From positions 288,001 through 352,000 of the forward strand of contig CAXXLL010000003.1 of assembly GCA_963662545.2 (NCBI GenBank): 64,000 nt of DNA. Direction: 5' to 3'. Shown piece after piece: positions 28,469 to 38,945 of the stretch. Origin of the DNA: Gammaproteobacteria bacterium. GTDB lineage: Bacteria > Pseudomonadota > Gammaproteobacteria > Ga0077536. The position numbers and the translations under genes are program-made. Position 1 is the first letter of the stretch. Each line of letters opens with the position of its first letter. Below the pieces are notes generated by a model. That model saw only the letters and a program-made list of their open reading frames with translations, had not been told where the DNA came from and made no database searches.

Positions 28469-29668
28469 TCATTCCGTGCGCAACGCCTCGACCGGATCCA
28501 TCCCCGCGGCCCGAGTCGCCGGCAGCAGGCCTGACAACAATCCGATTAGTAAGGAAACCGCCAACGCGATGCCGACGAACGACCAGACGATGGTGAGCGG
28601 CAAAGCGGGGACCAGCAATTCGACCCCCGCGACCACGGTGATGGCGATCGCGATGCCGACCACGCCGCCCGCGCTGCCGAGAAAAGCGGCTTCGGCCAGG
28701 AACAGGCTCAGGATCTGAGCGCGCGGCGCGCCCAGGGCCCGCATCAGCCCGACTTCCACGGTACGTTCGTTGACCGCGATGGTCATGATGGTGGCGATGC
28801 CAAAGGCGCCGACGACGAGCGAGATCGCACCGATCGCTCCCACGCCGACCGTCAGGAGGTTCAGAATATCGCCCAATATCTCGAGCATCTTGTCCTGGGT
28901 GATCAAGGTGAAGTCTTCCTGGCCGTGGCGCGCGATCATCAAGCGTTTGATCGCATCGGCCACTTCATCCGAGCGTTCGCCCTGACCATAGGTTACGTCG
29001 ATCTCCATCAGGCCCTCGTGGTTGAAGAGTTCCGTCGCCTTGCCGATGGGTATGAACGCGGTGTCGTCGAGATCGAAACCGAGCATCTGCCCTTTCGATG
29101 CCATCACGCCGATCACGCGGAACCGATCGTTACCTATGCGTACCCGCGCCCCGAGCGGCGAATTGTTGCCGAACAGTTCGCGGCGCATCTTCGAACCCAA
29201 TACGACGAAACCACGCGCACTCTCGAACGGATCCGGCGGCAGAAACTGCCCGCTGCCGACCTGCATGCGCCAGACTTCGGGCATGTCTGCACCGACGCCG
29301 ATGATGGTCGTGCGCCGGGCGCGATTACGGAATTCCACGCGCGCATTGCCCTGGATGACGGGGACTACGGCCTCGATCGACGGGATCCGGTAGAGTGCCT
29401 CGGCATCGTCGATGTTGAGCGGCCGAACGCTCGAAATGGTCGCACCCGAAATGCCAAAGGTCGTGGTCTTGCCCGGCGTGATCGCGATGATGTTGGTGCC
29501 GAACTGCGTGAACTCGCCGAGCACGAACAGCCGCACGCCTTCGCCCACGGCCGTCAACAGCACCACTGACGCAATCCCGACCGCGATGCCGAGCACGGTG
29601 AGACCGGATCGCAGCCGTTGGCCGGTGACAGCCGACAACGACAGCTTAATGAGATCGGGCAGGCGCAT
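28469..29668 (-). CDS. MacB/FtsX-type ABC transporter permease
   Basis: RSGLTVLGIAVGIASV, ERTVEVGLMRALGA, PVEALR. Confidence 0.92.
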   Translation of the reverse strand: MRLPDLIKLSLSAVTGQRLRSGLTVLGIAVGIASVVLLTAVGEGVRLFVLGEFTQFGTNIIAITPGKTTTFGISGATISSVRPLNIDDAEALYRIPSIEAVVPVIQGNARVEFRNRARRTTIIGVGADMPEVWRMQVGSGQFLPPDPFESARGFVVLGSKMRRELFGNNSPLGARVRIGNDRFRVIGVMASKGQMLGFDLDDTAFIPIGKATELFNHEGLMEIDVTYGQGERSDEVADAIKRLMIARHGQEDFTLITQDKMLEILGDILNLLTVGVGAIGAISLVVGAFGIATIMTIAVNERTVEVGLMRALGAPRAQILSLFLAEAAFLGSAGGVVGIAIAITVVAGVELLVPALPLTIVWSFVGIALAVSLLIGLLSGLLPATRAAGMDPVEALRTE

Positions 29669-29670
29669 AC

Positions 29671-30879
29671 TCAGCGTTGCGACAGGGCTTCGACCGGGTC
29701 GAGCCGGGCGGCCCGCCGCGCCGGCAGGACGCCGAAGACGAGTCCGGTGGCGACAGCAACCATGACCGCGACGACTATGGCCCAGATCGGCGTCTGCACC
29801 GGGAACGCCGGATAGAGCCTAGCGATCAACGCGGTACCGGCGAGGCCCAGAATCAACCCCGCTGCCGCGCCCACGGTCGCGAGCATCACAGCCTCGACGA
29901 GGAATAACCGGCGGATGGTTGCGGTATCCGCGCCGATGGCTTTCATCAGACCGATCTCGGTGCGCCGCTGCGCGACGGACACCAGCATCACGTTCATGAT
30001 CAAGATACCGGCGACAGCCAGGCTGATCGCCGAAATGCCCGCGACGCCGTAGGTCAACGCATCGAGGATGCGGCCGAGGGTCTCAACCACGCTGTCCTGC
30101 GTAATTACGGTCACATCGTCCTCACCCTCGTGCCGCGCTGCGATGATGCGGTGAATGGCCTTGTTCGCCGCGTCGAGATCGTCCGGCGAACGCGCTTCGG
30201 CCAGGACACGAAAGAGCGATTCCCGATCGAATAGCGCCTGCGCCGAGGCCACCGGAATGATGACAAGATCGTTGAAATCCACGCCCACCGACACACCGGA
30301 ATCGGCGAGCACGCCGATCACGCGAAAGCGCCGGTCGCTGATCCGCACCCATCGACCGTAGGCCGTTGCCGTGCCGAAGAGTTCTGTGCGGACTTCATAG
30401 CCCAGCACGCAGATGGGCGCACCGCGCGACGGATCCATCGGCGGCAAGAACCGCCCCTGGCCGATGGTTAGCCGCCGCACGGATGCCAGCTCAGCGGTGG
30501 AACCCAGCACCGTCACTTCGCGCTCGAGACCATCCGCCGTCGACACGGGCGCGTTGCCAACCATGACCGGCGCGATCTGCCGGATGGATGGATGCGCGGT
30601 CAACGCAAACGCGTCGTCGACCGTGAGATCCCGAGGCGTTTCACCCATCACCGGCGGCGGTCCGCCGACCGTTTCGCTACGGCCGGGCAGGACGATTAAA
30701 AGATTGGTGCCGAGCGATTCGAACTGGCCGATGACAAAACGCCGCGCGCCCTCGCCGAGCGAGGTCAGCATCAAGACCGAGCTCACCCCGATCGCCGTTG
30801 CCATAGCGATGAGCACGGTACGGTTAAGGTTGCTGGTCAAGGCGCCGGTGGCCAATCCGACGATGTCCAATGCCCGCAT
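29671..30879 (-). CDS. MacB/FtsX-type ABC transporter permease
   Basis: IMNVMLVSV.QRRTEIGLMKAIGA, PARRAARLDPVEAL. Confidence 0.92.
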   Translation of the reverse strand: MRALDIVGLATGALTSNLNRTVLIAMATAIGVSSVLMLTSLGEGARRFVIGQFESLGTNLLIVLPGRSETVGGPPPVMGETPRDLTVDDAFALTAHPSIRQIAPVMVGNAPVSTADGLEREVTVLGSTAELASVRRLTIGQGRFLPPMDPSRGAPICVLGYEVRTELFGTATAYGRWVRISDRRFRVIGVLADSGVSVGVDFNDLVIIPVASAQALFDRESLFRVLAEARSPDDLDAANKAIHRIIAARHEGEDDVTVITQDSVVETLGRILDALTYGVAGISAISLAVAGILIMNVMLVSVAQRRTEIGLMKAIGADTATIRRLFLVEAVMLATVGAAAGLILGLAGTALIARLYPAFPVQTPIWAIVVAVMVAVATGLVFGVLPARRAARLDPVEALSQR

Positions 30880-31568
30880 CACGACGACGACACGCCACAT
30901 TGGTCGCTGTCTATGCGACCGTCGATGAGCCTGATCCGTCGGCGGGCGCGCCGCCCGAGATCGGGGTCGTGCGTGACCATGAGCAAGGTCACGCCTTGCT
31001 CGGTGTGAAGCCGTTCCAGGAGTTCCACCATCTGTTGGCCGGAGGCTGTGTCGAGGTTGCCGGTCGGCTCGTCGGCCAGCAACAGCGCCGGGCGCGTCAC
31101 GGTAGCGCGTGCGATCGCTACCCGCTGGCGCTGCCCACCCGAAAGCTCCGCCGGACGGTGTGAGGCGCGATCGCTCAGGTCCATCGCGGCCAGTGCTTCG
31201 CTGACTCGGCGACGCCGCTCGGTGGGCGCTATAGCGGCCAGGATCAGGGGCAGTTCGACGTTCTGTGCTGCGCTCAGCCGCGGGATCAGATGAAAAAACT
31301 GGAATATGAAGCCGAATGAGGCGCGTCGAATCGCGGCCAATTCGTCGTCGCCCAGGCCGATGACATCGCGGCCCTCGAACCGGTATTCACCACCCGTCGG
31401 ACGATCGAGCAACGCGATCAAATTCAGCAACGTCGATTTGCCAGAACCGGACGGCCCCATGATCGAAAGGTACTCGCCCGGCTCAACGTGCAGGTCCACC
31501 TCGTCGACGGCATTCACTCGACTGTCGCCCAGCACGAAGGTTCTGGTGATCCCGCGCAGTTCTATCAC
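30879..31568 (-). CDS. ABC transporter ATP-binding protein (LolD/MacB-like)
   Basis: [32 protein letters not shown]. Confidence 0.95.
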   Translation of the reverse strand: MIELRGITRTFVLGDSRVNAVDEVDLHVEPGEYLSIMGPSGSGKSTLLNLIALLDRPTGGEYRFEGRDVIGLGDDELAAIRRASFGFIFQFFHLIPRLSAAQNVELPLILAAIAPTERRRRVSEALAAMDLSDRASHRPAELSGGQRQRVAIARATVTRPALLLADEPTGNLDTASGQQMVELLERLHTEQGVTLLMVTHDPDLGRRARRRIRLIDGRIDSDQCGVSSS

Positions 31569-31571
31569 TAG

Positions 31572-31731
31572 CAGCCGGTCGGACTTAGGGAATCGTAGCG
31601 AGGCGGATGGGAGAACGGTCTGAGAGGTGTCATGGTTTGAGGCGAATAGTGGGTCTATTTAACGAGAAACATGGCACATCTGGACCGCTATCCCAACGCC
31701 GTAGTAGATTCTTCCTAAGTCCGACAGGCTG
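31572..31731. mobile_element. MITE family B (160 bp)
   Basis: Terminal inverted repeats CAGCCGGTCGGACTTAGG / CCTAAGTCCGACAGGCTG; CTAG duplicated on both sides. Confidence 0.85.
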
Positions 31732-31746
31732 CTAGCGTGATCCGAT

Positions 31747-32889
31747 TTAATCCGCGTCGTCTTCCGGCGCCGCCAAGGCACCGGCCGCGACCCCCGCTCG
31801 ACTGGTCGACACGACCACCCGCTCCCCCGCCTCGAGTCCGGAGCGCACCTCGGTGAATTCCCAGTTGGATAGACCGACGGCGATTTCTCGTTCTGCGAGC
31901 ATTCCGGTCACCGGATCAAATACCAGCACCTTTTCGCCGTCGATGACGGCCTCGGTCGGAATGTGCAGCACACCGTCGCGCGCCTCGATCAGGATCTCTA
32001 TATCTGCGCTGTAGCCAGGCAGCAATCGTTCGACCTCTGCAAGATCGGTAAACTCTACCTCGACCTCGACGGTGCGCGCCTGCTTTTCGCGATCTAGTAC
32101 ATAGGGCGCGATGCGGCGCACCCGCGCGCTGCAGCGCTTGTCTGGAAAGGCATCCAGAGACACGCAGGCTGACATGCCGGTTTCGATCTGCGGCGCGTCG
32201 ACTTCATCGATTGGGGCCGAGATGTAAATGCAGCCGGGTTCAATCAGATCGATCGCCGGCAGGGTCGCGATCCCCGGGGGAGACGGCGTTAGGTACTCAC
32301 CGAGCTTGGCATCGACCTCGGCGACGACTCCGCCAAACGGCGCGCGCAGTACGGTGCGTTCCAGCGCTTCGCGCGCCACTTTAATGCGCGCCGTGCCGAC
32401 CCGCATCGAGGCGCGCGCACCTTCGCAGGCGGCCTTACGCGATTTCGCCACCGTGGCAGCGTCATCGGCAACTTCTTCGGCTACGAGCTTGTTCTTGCGC
32501 ATCTGCGCGAGACGGTTCGATTCACGCTTGGCCCCGGCCGCCGTCGTGCAGACTTCTTCGACGCGCGATCGGGCCGCCGTCACTTCCGTCTCGGCCAGGC
32601 GCACATCCGCTTTGCGGTCTTCGTTCCAGATCTCGAGCAGCACCGAACCCGCTTCCACGCGATCACCTTCGCTGACCCAAAGCGTCGCCACCTGTCCCGC
32701 GGCCGCAGGTGACAGTTTCGCGCGCCGGCACGCCTCGACCGTGCCAACCCGGGTGTTCGCGACGGTCGCGCGCACAGTCCCCCGTTCGACGGGGGCGAGG
32801 CGTACCGCGATGGGTTTTTCGCGCGTGAAATACCAGCCCGTGCCAGCGGCGAGCGCAGCGACGATGAGTATAAAGACTGCCTTAATCAT
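31747..32889 (-). CDS. Efflux periplasmic adaptor (MacA/HlyD-type MFP)
   Basis: N-terminal TM, VSEGDRVEAG, LRAPFGGVV, IDEVD, GLEAGERVV. Confidence 0.92.
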   Translation of the reverse strand: MIKAVFILIVAALAAGTGWYFTREKPIAVRLAPVERGTVRATVANTRVGTVEACRRAKLSPAAAGQVATLWVSEGDRVEAGSVLLEIWNEDRKADVRLAETEVTAARSRVEEVCTTAAGAKRESNRLAQMRKNKLVAEEVADDAATVAKSRKAACEGARASMRVGTARIKVAREALERTVLRAPFGGVVAEVDAKLGEYLTPSPPGIATLPAIDLIEPGCIYISAPIDEVDAPQIETGMSACVSLDAFPDKRCSARVRRIAPYVLDREKQARTVEVEVEFTDLAEVERLLPGYSADIEILIEARDGVLHIPTEAVIDGEKVLVFDPVTGMLAEREIAVGLSNWEFTEVRSGLEAGERVVVSTSRAGVAAGALAAPEDDAD

Positions 32890-32915
32890 CGATAGTTAGA
32901 CAAAACGAACTCTAG

Positions 32916-32946
32916 CGGCCTGTTGGACTTAAAGTCCGACAGGCCG
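32916..32946. repeat. Ends-only derivative of MITE family B (31-bp palindrome)
   Basis: CGGCCTGTTGGACTT-A-AAGTCCGACAGGCCG between CTAG and TTAG. Confidence 0.75.
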
Positions 32947-33095
32947 TTAGTGTCGGTGATTACGCCGGATTTGACGATAAGGGATGGCAGCGATCGGGAA
33001 CCCGCCGAGAACCGCTGCGGGTACGACATCACTGCGGGATTCGACAATCCGAGCGGGGCTTCGTATGTTGTGGATAGCCAAATTGAGGATGCCAC

Positions 33096-33554
33096 GTGTT
33101 TTTCCCTGTCGCTATTAGCCTGCATCTGCTGTCAGCCGTCATCTGGATCGGCGGCATGTTCTTCGCCTACGTCTGCCTGCGCCCGAGTCTGCCGGAAACG
33201 CTGGAACCGCCGCAGGCAGCCCGGCTGGTAAACGCGAGCTTCGCCCGCTTCTTCCGCTGGGTCTGGGCGGCCATGGTCATCCTGCTCCTGACGGGGTTCT
33301 ATATGGCATTCGTGCGCTACGGGTTCGTCGTGTGGCCGCTGTGGCTGTATACCATGGTGGGGCTGGGGATCGTCATGATGTTGCTGTTTGCCCACGTGTA
33401 CTTCGGGCCTTTTCGGCGGCTGCGTATGGGTCTTGCCAAGAGTGACGCCGAATCGGTGCGCGAGGCCATCGCCCAGATCCGAACGATCGTCGGCGTCAAC
33501 CTGTGCCTCGGGGTGATCGTCGCGGTCAGTGCCAGTGCCGGACGCGTCTGGTAG
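33096..33554 (+). CDS. CopD-like/DUF4149-like integral membrane protein
   Basis: LHLLSAVIWIGGMFFAY..LRP, four TM segments. Confidence 0.78.
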   Translation: MFFPVAISLHLLSAVIWIGGMFFAYVCLRPSLPETLEPPQAARLVNASFARFFRWVWAAMVILLLTGFYMAFVRYGFVVWPLWLYTMVGLGIVMMLLFAHVYFGPFRRLRMGLAKSDAESVREAIAQIRTIVGVNLCLGVIVAVSASAGRVW

Positions 33555-33559
33555 ACGGT

Positions 33560-34417
33560 ATGAAAAACGAAGAGTCTCCGGAATCCCGCTCGGTCACACA
33601 AATCGTCACCGGACAAGCCACCAGCGACGGCGCGGGTGTGCGCCTGTTCCGAGTCATCGGCGGATCGATGCTGCCCGAACTCGATCCCTTTCTGCTGCTG
33701 GACGAGTTTCTCTCCGACGATCCGAATGATTACATCGCGGGATTTCCGGATCACCCGCACCGCGGGTTCGAAACCGTGACCTACATGCTGGCGGGCACGA
33801 TGCGCCACCGCGACAACCAGGGCAACAGTGGCTTACTCACGGCCGGCAGTGTGCAATGGATGACGGCCGGTCGCGGCATCGTGCATTCCGAAATGCCGGA
33901 ACAGGAAGACGGGCTCATGTGGGGTTTCCAACTCTGGGTCAATCTGCCGGCCCGTTCGAAGATGACTGTGCCCCGCTACCAGGACATCCCGCCCGCGCAG
34001 ATCCCCGAAGTCGAAACCGCGGACGGGATCCACGTCCGCGTGATCGCGGGGGAGTTCGATGGCATGTGCGGGCCGATCAACGGCGTCGATGCCGATCCGA
34101 TCTACCTCGACGTTACGCTCCCTGCCGGACAAACGATCGCCCTACCCCTGCCGCGCGAACACAACGCCTTTCTGTATTGCTACGACGGGGAGATCGGTGT
34201 TGGTGGCGAACCCGCCACGATCGTAGGCAAACGGCGGCTCGCAGTGCTGTCCCTGGGTGACAAGCTGCACCTGACGGGCGGCCCCGATGGCGCGCGGCTG
34301 CTGCTCGTCGCGGGCAAGCCCTTTGGCGAACCGGTGGCGCGCTACGGACCGTTCGTAATGAACACGCGTGATGAAATCGCGCAGGCGATCGACGATCTGC
34401 GCAGCGGACGATTTTGA
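33560..34417 (+). CDS. Pirin family protein
   Basis: DPFLLLDE, HPHRGFETVTY, MTAGRGIVHSE, GPFVMNT. Confidence 0.95.
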   Translation: MKNEESPESRSVTQIVTGQATSDGAGVRLFRVIGGSMLPELDPFLLLDEFLSDDPNDYIAGFPDHPHRGFETVTYMLAGTMRHRDNQGNSGLLTAGSVQWMTAGRGIVHSEMPEQEDGLMWGFQLWVNLPARSKMTVPRYQDIPPAQIPEVETADGIHVRVIAGEFDGMCGPINGVDADPIYLDVTLPAGQTIALPLPREHNAFLYCYDGEIGVGGEPATIVGKRRLAVLSLGDKLHLTGGPDGARLLLVAGKPFGEPVARYGPFVMNTRDEIAQAIDDLRSGRF

Positions 34418-34531
34418 ATTTCGAGGCCGGAACTATCGCCCAGATTGCAGGCCTTGCTCGACCCGATATTAAATAAAAGCAAGGGAGGCTTAACGCTTCG
34501 GTGGAATCGTTCGGATCAGCGACGGCCCACT

Positions 34532-35197
34532 TCACTGTTCTCGCTCACCTGCAAACGACTCCTCAACGGCGGAGTTCGCCAACCAGCGCTTGATCGCAGG
34601 CGCGATCGCTTCTAAGGATTGATAGCCGACCGTTATCGCCGTCAGGCCTTTATCCTCGAAGCCGGCAACCAACGCGGGGAAGCCTCGGATCCCTGTAGTG
34701 TGAGTGATCGAAAAGTCGTTGCCCGTCGCTAGGCGCGTCTCTTTATCCTCGAAGTGAGACTGAAACGCGCGGCGTTCGAATCCCTCTGCTGCGGCGATAT
34801 CGCACAACACATCCGCATCGGTGACGTCACGGTTATCGGCGTAAAAGGCCTGGTGGATCGCCCGCAACATCGAAAATTCCGAATCCGGATGCAGCGTGCG
34901 CGCGGCGACGACCGCGCGGCAGGCAGGCTCTGTGTCGTATCTGAAATCCGTGCGTTCAAAGAAAGTGAAATCAAATGGCTGGCCGCTCATCTCGTGTACG
35001 TGTTCCCAGTGCTCGCGGATAGTTGCCTTGGTCGCTTCATCCACCGATTGGGTGGTTCCCGGGCTCAAGCCCCCCATGATGAGCACTACCTCGAATCGAT
35101 CGGCGCAGTCCCGGTGGATGCGCTCGAACACCGGCGAAAACCCCCAGCACCAGGAGCACATGGGGTCGGCGAAATAAGTGAGGATCGGTTTAGCCAT
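34532..35197 (-). CDS. DsbA/FrnE-family thioredoxin-like protein
   Basis: YFADPMCSWCWGF, GFP. Confidence 0.88.
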   Translation of the reverse strand: MAKPILTYFADPMCSWCWGFSPVFERIHRDCADRFEVVLIMGGLSPGTTQSVDEATKATIREHWEHVHEMSGQPFDFTFFERTDFRYDTEPACRAVVAARTLHPDSEFSMLRAIHQAFYADNRDVTDADVLCDIAAAEGFERRAFQSHFEDKETRLATGNDFSITHTTGIRGFPALVAGFEDKGLTAITVGYQSLEAIAPAIKRWLANSAVEESFAGEREQ

Positions 35198-35218
35198 GGA
35201 CCGTCGTTCGCGCACCTC

Positions 35219-36154
35219 TTATTCCCATTCAAACCAGAACCATTTTCGGTCGGTCTGCGTGTGTGACGAGTCGTCGGCAAGACGAATCAACACCTCTGCT
35301 TTGGAAGACGCATAGCGCGGCATGAGACTGCTCGGACGCGTGACGACTTCGGTGACGTTCGTGGCACGCGCCGAGGTGAATTGAGTGGGGTCGAAAGTCT
35401 CGCCCGCACGGGCCATGACGGTGGCCATGTCCTGCAGCATGCCGGTCACGAGCTGCAGGACTTCGGGTCCATCGACTACCGTTGTCATCCGCAGCCGTAC
35501 ACAGCACGGATATCCCTCGGCAGCGCCGAGATGTTCGATCAAGATCTGTTGCTGAATTTCCCTGCCCATCACCTGCACCGGCACCGTGCCCTTAAGCGAT
35601 TGCCCGGGATCGAGTTCCAGACCGTTCCAAGCGCCCACCCATACGGTCCACATTTCGCCCGATTTCTGCTGCATCAGCGCCTGGACCTTGGGCGAGCGGT
35701 AATAGTTGATCAAGCCCGCGCGGGCCTCGCCGTCCAACTCGCCCGGCATCGCCGCCATCAGGCGATCCATTAAAGTATCTAGACCGCTCGTGCCGAGGTA
35801 TTCGCCGCTGCCCGACAGGCGCATCGACGGCAATGACGAGGCCAGCGAGGCCACCGGGCCGAGTTGCGCGGCGACCTTGGGGTCGGTCACGTCCTTGCCG
35901 TTGATGCTCAGAAACTGGAAATCACGGAACTCGAGTGTCATTTCATCATCATTACCGGGCGTGACACGCACGGCGTATGTCGCCGTGCTCTCGTTGCCCT
36001 TCTTCTGCATCTTCGCCTTGACCACCGCTCTCACCGGCACCGGCCAAGCGAAACGAAAGACGTCCGCCCAACTTGCAACAGACAACATAAGCATTAGCGA
36101 CGCCGATAATGCCGTGACTAAGAAACGAGCATGTGCGGCAGGGAATCGAATCAT
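35219..36154 (-). CDS. Hypothetical exported protein
   Basis: Signal peptide ending SWA-D; 4-bp overlap with greB. Confidence 0.7.
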   Translation of the reverse strand: MIRFPAAHARFLVTALSASLMLMLSVASWADVFRFAWPVPVRAVVKAKMQKKGNESTATYAVRVTPGNDDEMTLEFRDFQFLSINGKDVTDPKVAAQLGPVASLASSLPSMRLSGSGEYLGTSGLDTLMDRLMAAMPGELDGEARAGLINYYRSPKVQALMQQKSGEMWTVWVGAWNGLELDPGQSLKGTVPVQVMGREIQQQILIEHLGAAEGYPCCVRLRMTTVVDGPEVLQLVTGMLQDMATVMARAGETFDPTQFTSARATNVTEVVTRPSSLMPRYASSKAEVLIRLADDSSHTQTDRKWFWFEWE

Positions 36155-36651
36155 GACGCAGAGTACTTGATATCGACGATAATGAAGCGATCACGCCTAC
36201 CGGCAACGTCGACTTCGACCGTATCATCCAGTCCGCGTCCCATCAGCGCCTGCGCCACGGGCGAGTCGACGCTGATCTCGCCTTGCTCGGGACGCGATTC
36301 GTCACCGCCGACGATGTGATAAACGCAGGTGCCACCGTCCGCGTCCTCGAGTTCCACCGCGGCGCCGAAAAAAACCCGGTCCTGGTCCGCCGGCGCTTCG
36401 TCGACCACCTTGAGTTTCGGCATACGGCGCTGCAGGTAACCGATCCGGCGATCGATTTCGCGCATCTCCTTCTTGCGGTAGATGTATTCGGCGTTCTCGG
36501 AGCGATCGCCTTCCGCGGCAGCCGCCGCGAGATGTTTGACGACGATATGGCGCTTGTCCCACAAGGATTTCGCCTCGGCTTCGAGCGCGCGGTAGCCGGC
36601 CCGAGTGATATAGGGCGTAGCGGCTTTGGCGGGTGGCTTCCAACGGCCCAT
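36151..36651 (-). CDS. greB: Transcription elongation factor GreB
   Basis: AAAEGDRSENAEYIY.K..REIDRRI, VFFGA, ISVDSPVA. Confidence 0.93.
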   Translation of the reverse strand: MGRWKPPAKAATPYITRAGYRALEAEAKSLWDKRHIVVKHLAAAAAEGDRSENAEYIYRKKEMREIDRRIGYLQRRMPKLKVVDEAPADQDRVFFGAAVELEDADGGTCVYHIVGGDESRPEQGEISVDSPVAQALMGRGLDDTVEVDVAGRRDRFIIVDIKYSAS

Positions 36652-36819
36652 CGGTAGTTTAGAACTCTCTCAAGACGATGACGCTAAGCATAGTGATTGC
36701 ATCGCTGGTGAACAAATGCACTTTCATGACCCGTCTGCTTACGGGCGCACTAAAACCTGCCACTATTCGGAACGACTACAATGAACAATCCACTTTTCGC
36801 CGCCAAGGAGTCTACATCC

Positions 36820-37809
36820 ATGCAATACGCCCGCCTCGGTTCGACCGGCCTGCAGGTCTCGCGCATCTGTCTCGGGTGCATGAGCTATGGTGCGTCGTCC
36901 TGGCGCGACTGGGTGCTCGATGAAGCCGCGTCGATGCCCTTTTTTGAGCGCGCCATCGATCTGGGTATCAATTTCTTCGACACCGCGGACATGTACTCCG
37001 AAGGCGAGAGTGAGCGCATTCTCGGTAAGGCGATCAAAGCCTCGGGACTTCCGCGCGCGGATTTGGTGATCGCGACCAAGGTGTTCTTTCCGCTGAGCGA
37101 CGGCGTCAACGCCGGCGGACTATCACGCAAGCATGTCCGCCACGCCATCGACGCCTCGCTGGAACGGCTCGATCTGGATTATGTCGATCTCTATCAGATC
37201 CACCGTCTCGACCGGTCAACGCCGATGGAAGAGATCCTCGAGGGCATGAACGATGTCGTAGAGTCAGGCCGCGCACTCTATATCGGCGCCTCCAGTATGT
37301 TCGCTTGGGAATTTGCGAAGCTGCTCTACCTCGCCGAGCGGCACGGCTTCCATCGTTTCGTCAGCATGCAGAACCAGTACAACCTGATCTATCGCGAGGA
37401 AGAACGCGAGATGATCCCCTTGTGCCGGGCCGAAGGCGTGGGGCTTATCCCCTGGAGTCCGCTCGCCCGCGGCTTCATCATGGGCAATCGATCGCTCGAC
37501 GGCGACGCTCGCGGCGGTTCGACGGTGCGCGCCCGCAGCGACGAACTCGCGCAGCGCATGTATTACCGTGACGAAGATTTCGCGATCGTCGACGCGATCA
37601 CCGCGATCGCCCGGTCGCACGGCGTATCCAATGCTCAGATTGCGCTAGCCTGGGTGCTGCACCAGGACGGCGTCACCGCGCCGATCATCGGCGCCACAAA
37701 GATGGCGCATCTCGACGACGCCATCGGTGCGCTGGACCTGGAATTGACGGAGCAGGAACACTCCGCGCTTGCAGCGCACTACCTACCCCGTTCCGTCCAC
37801 CAACAATGA
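36820..37809 (+). CDS. Aldo/keto reductase
   Basis: LGCMSYG, FDTADMY, IATK, DLYQIHR, PWSPLARG. Confidence 0.93.
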   Translation: MQYARLGSTGLQVSRICLGCMSYGASSWRDWVLDEAASMPFFERAIDLGINFFDTADMYSEGESERILGKAIKASGLPRADLVIATKVFFPLSDGVNAGGLSRKHVRHAIDASLERLDLDYVDLYQIHRLDRSTPMEEILEGMNDVVESGRALYIGASSMFAWEFAKLLYLAERHGFHRFVSMQNQYNLIYREEEREMIPLCRAEGVGLIPWSPLARGFIMGNRSLDGDARGGSTVRARSDELAQRMYYRDEDFAIVDAITAIARSHGVSNAQIALAWVLHQDGVTAPIIGATKMAHLDDAIGALDLELTEQEHSALAAHYLPRSVHQQ

Positions 37810-37915
37810 AGTCACACCAATCGGAAATGACCAAGATATGACCCGGGTCTGGCGCAATCTGCGCCGCGCGGTTATCGTCATGCGATACAAATAACGACCC
37901 CAAGGGGAAAACACC

Positions 37916-38809
37916 ATGCGACGCGATATCGAATTCCTGTCCGACGGCGTGACCTTACGCGGCTGGCTTTATACACCCGAAGCCGGATCCGGACCGTATC
38001 CCACCGTCGTCTTCGCGCACGGCTTCTCCGGCGTCAAGGAAATGGGCCTCGACCAGTATGCCGAAGTCTTTGCGTCAGGCGGGCTCGCCTCTCTCGTCTA
38101 TGACAACCGCTGCCTGGGTGCGAGCGACGGCGAACCGCGCCAGGACATCGATCCCATCTTACAGATGCGTGATTACCGAAGCGCCATCACTTACGCTCAG
38201 ACGCTAGACGAGGTCGACGGCGCGCGCATCGGTGTTTGGGGCACGAGCTATACGGGCGGCACCGTGTGCACCGTCGCCGCGATCGATCGCCGCGTCAAGG
38301 CGGTAGTCAGCCAGGTACCCTTCATCAACGGACACCGCAACCTGCAGCAATTCATGCCGGTTGGCGACATCGCCGGATTTCACCAGATGCTCGACGAGGA
38401 CCGCGCGCGGCGGGTGCGCGGTGAACCATCGGAGTACATGAAAATGTGCTCACTAGACCCTAACGAACCGCACCTTTTTCCGGGCGAAGCTACCTACAAC
38501 TTTATTCATCAATACGTCGACGCCGACCCCGACTGCACCTGGGAGAACCGGGCCACCCTGCGGTCGCTGGACTACATGCTGGAATACGATGTCTCGGGCT
38601 TCATGGCGCAGATCTCACCCACGCCCCTGCTCATGATCGTCGCCGAATGGGATACCACCACCCCAACCGACATCGCGCTCGACCATTACGCCATGGTGCC
38701 GGGACCGAAAGAGCTCCTGGTCATCAAATCCGATCACTATGCGGCCTATGGCGAAAAGTTCGATGAAACCAGTGCGGCCGCGAGGGATTTTTTCGATCGG
38801 CATCTTTGA
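37916..38809 (+). CDS. Alpha/beta hydrolase
   Basis: HGFSG, nucleophile motif GTSYTGG, C-terminal DH. Confidence 0.9.
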   Translation: MRRDIEFLSDGVTLRGWLYTPEAGSGPYPTVVFAHGFSGVKEMGLDQYAEVFASGGLASLVYDNRCLGASDGEPRQDIDPILQMRDYRSAITYAQTLDEVDGARIGVWGTSYTGGTVCTVAAIDRRVKAVVSQVPFINGHRNLQQFMPVGDIAGFHQMLDEDRARRVRGEPSEYMKMCSLDPNEPHLFPGEATYNFIHQYVDADPDCTWENRATLRSLDYMLEYDVSGFMAQISPTPLLMIVAEWDTTTPTDIALDHYAMVPGPKELLVIKSDHYAAYGEKFDETSAAARDFFDRHL

Positions 38810-38892
38810 TTAGAAGAAGAATCTCGTCCGCATGCGCACTAAATACGCGTTCCAAATGATAGGACGTTTCCTCGTTTGTAAGGGTACTCGTC

Positions 38893-38914
38893 ATTCGCCC
38901 GCTTGTGGGCGAAT
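38893..38914. repeat. REP-related palindrome
   Basis: ATTCGCCCGCTTGTGGGCGAAT; a similar copy lies at 46967-46989. Confidence 0.6.
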
Positions 38915-38945
38915 TGAAATCTGTCTCGCAATTCGGAGCAGCTAC

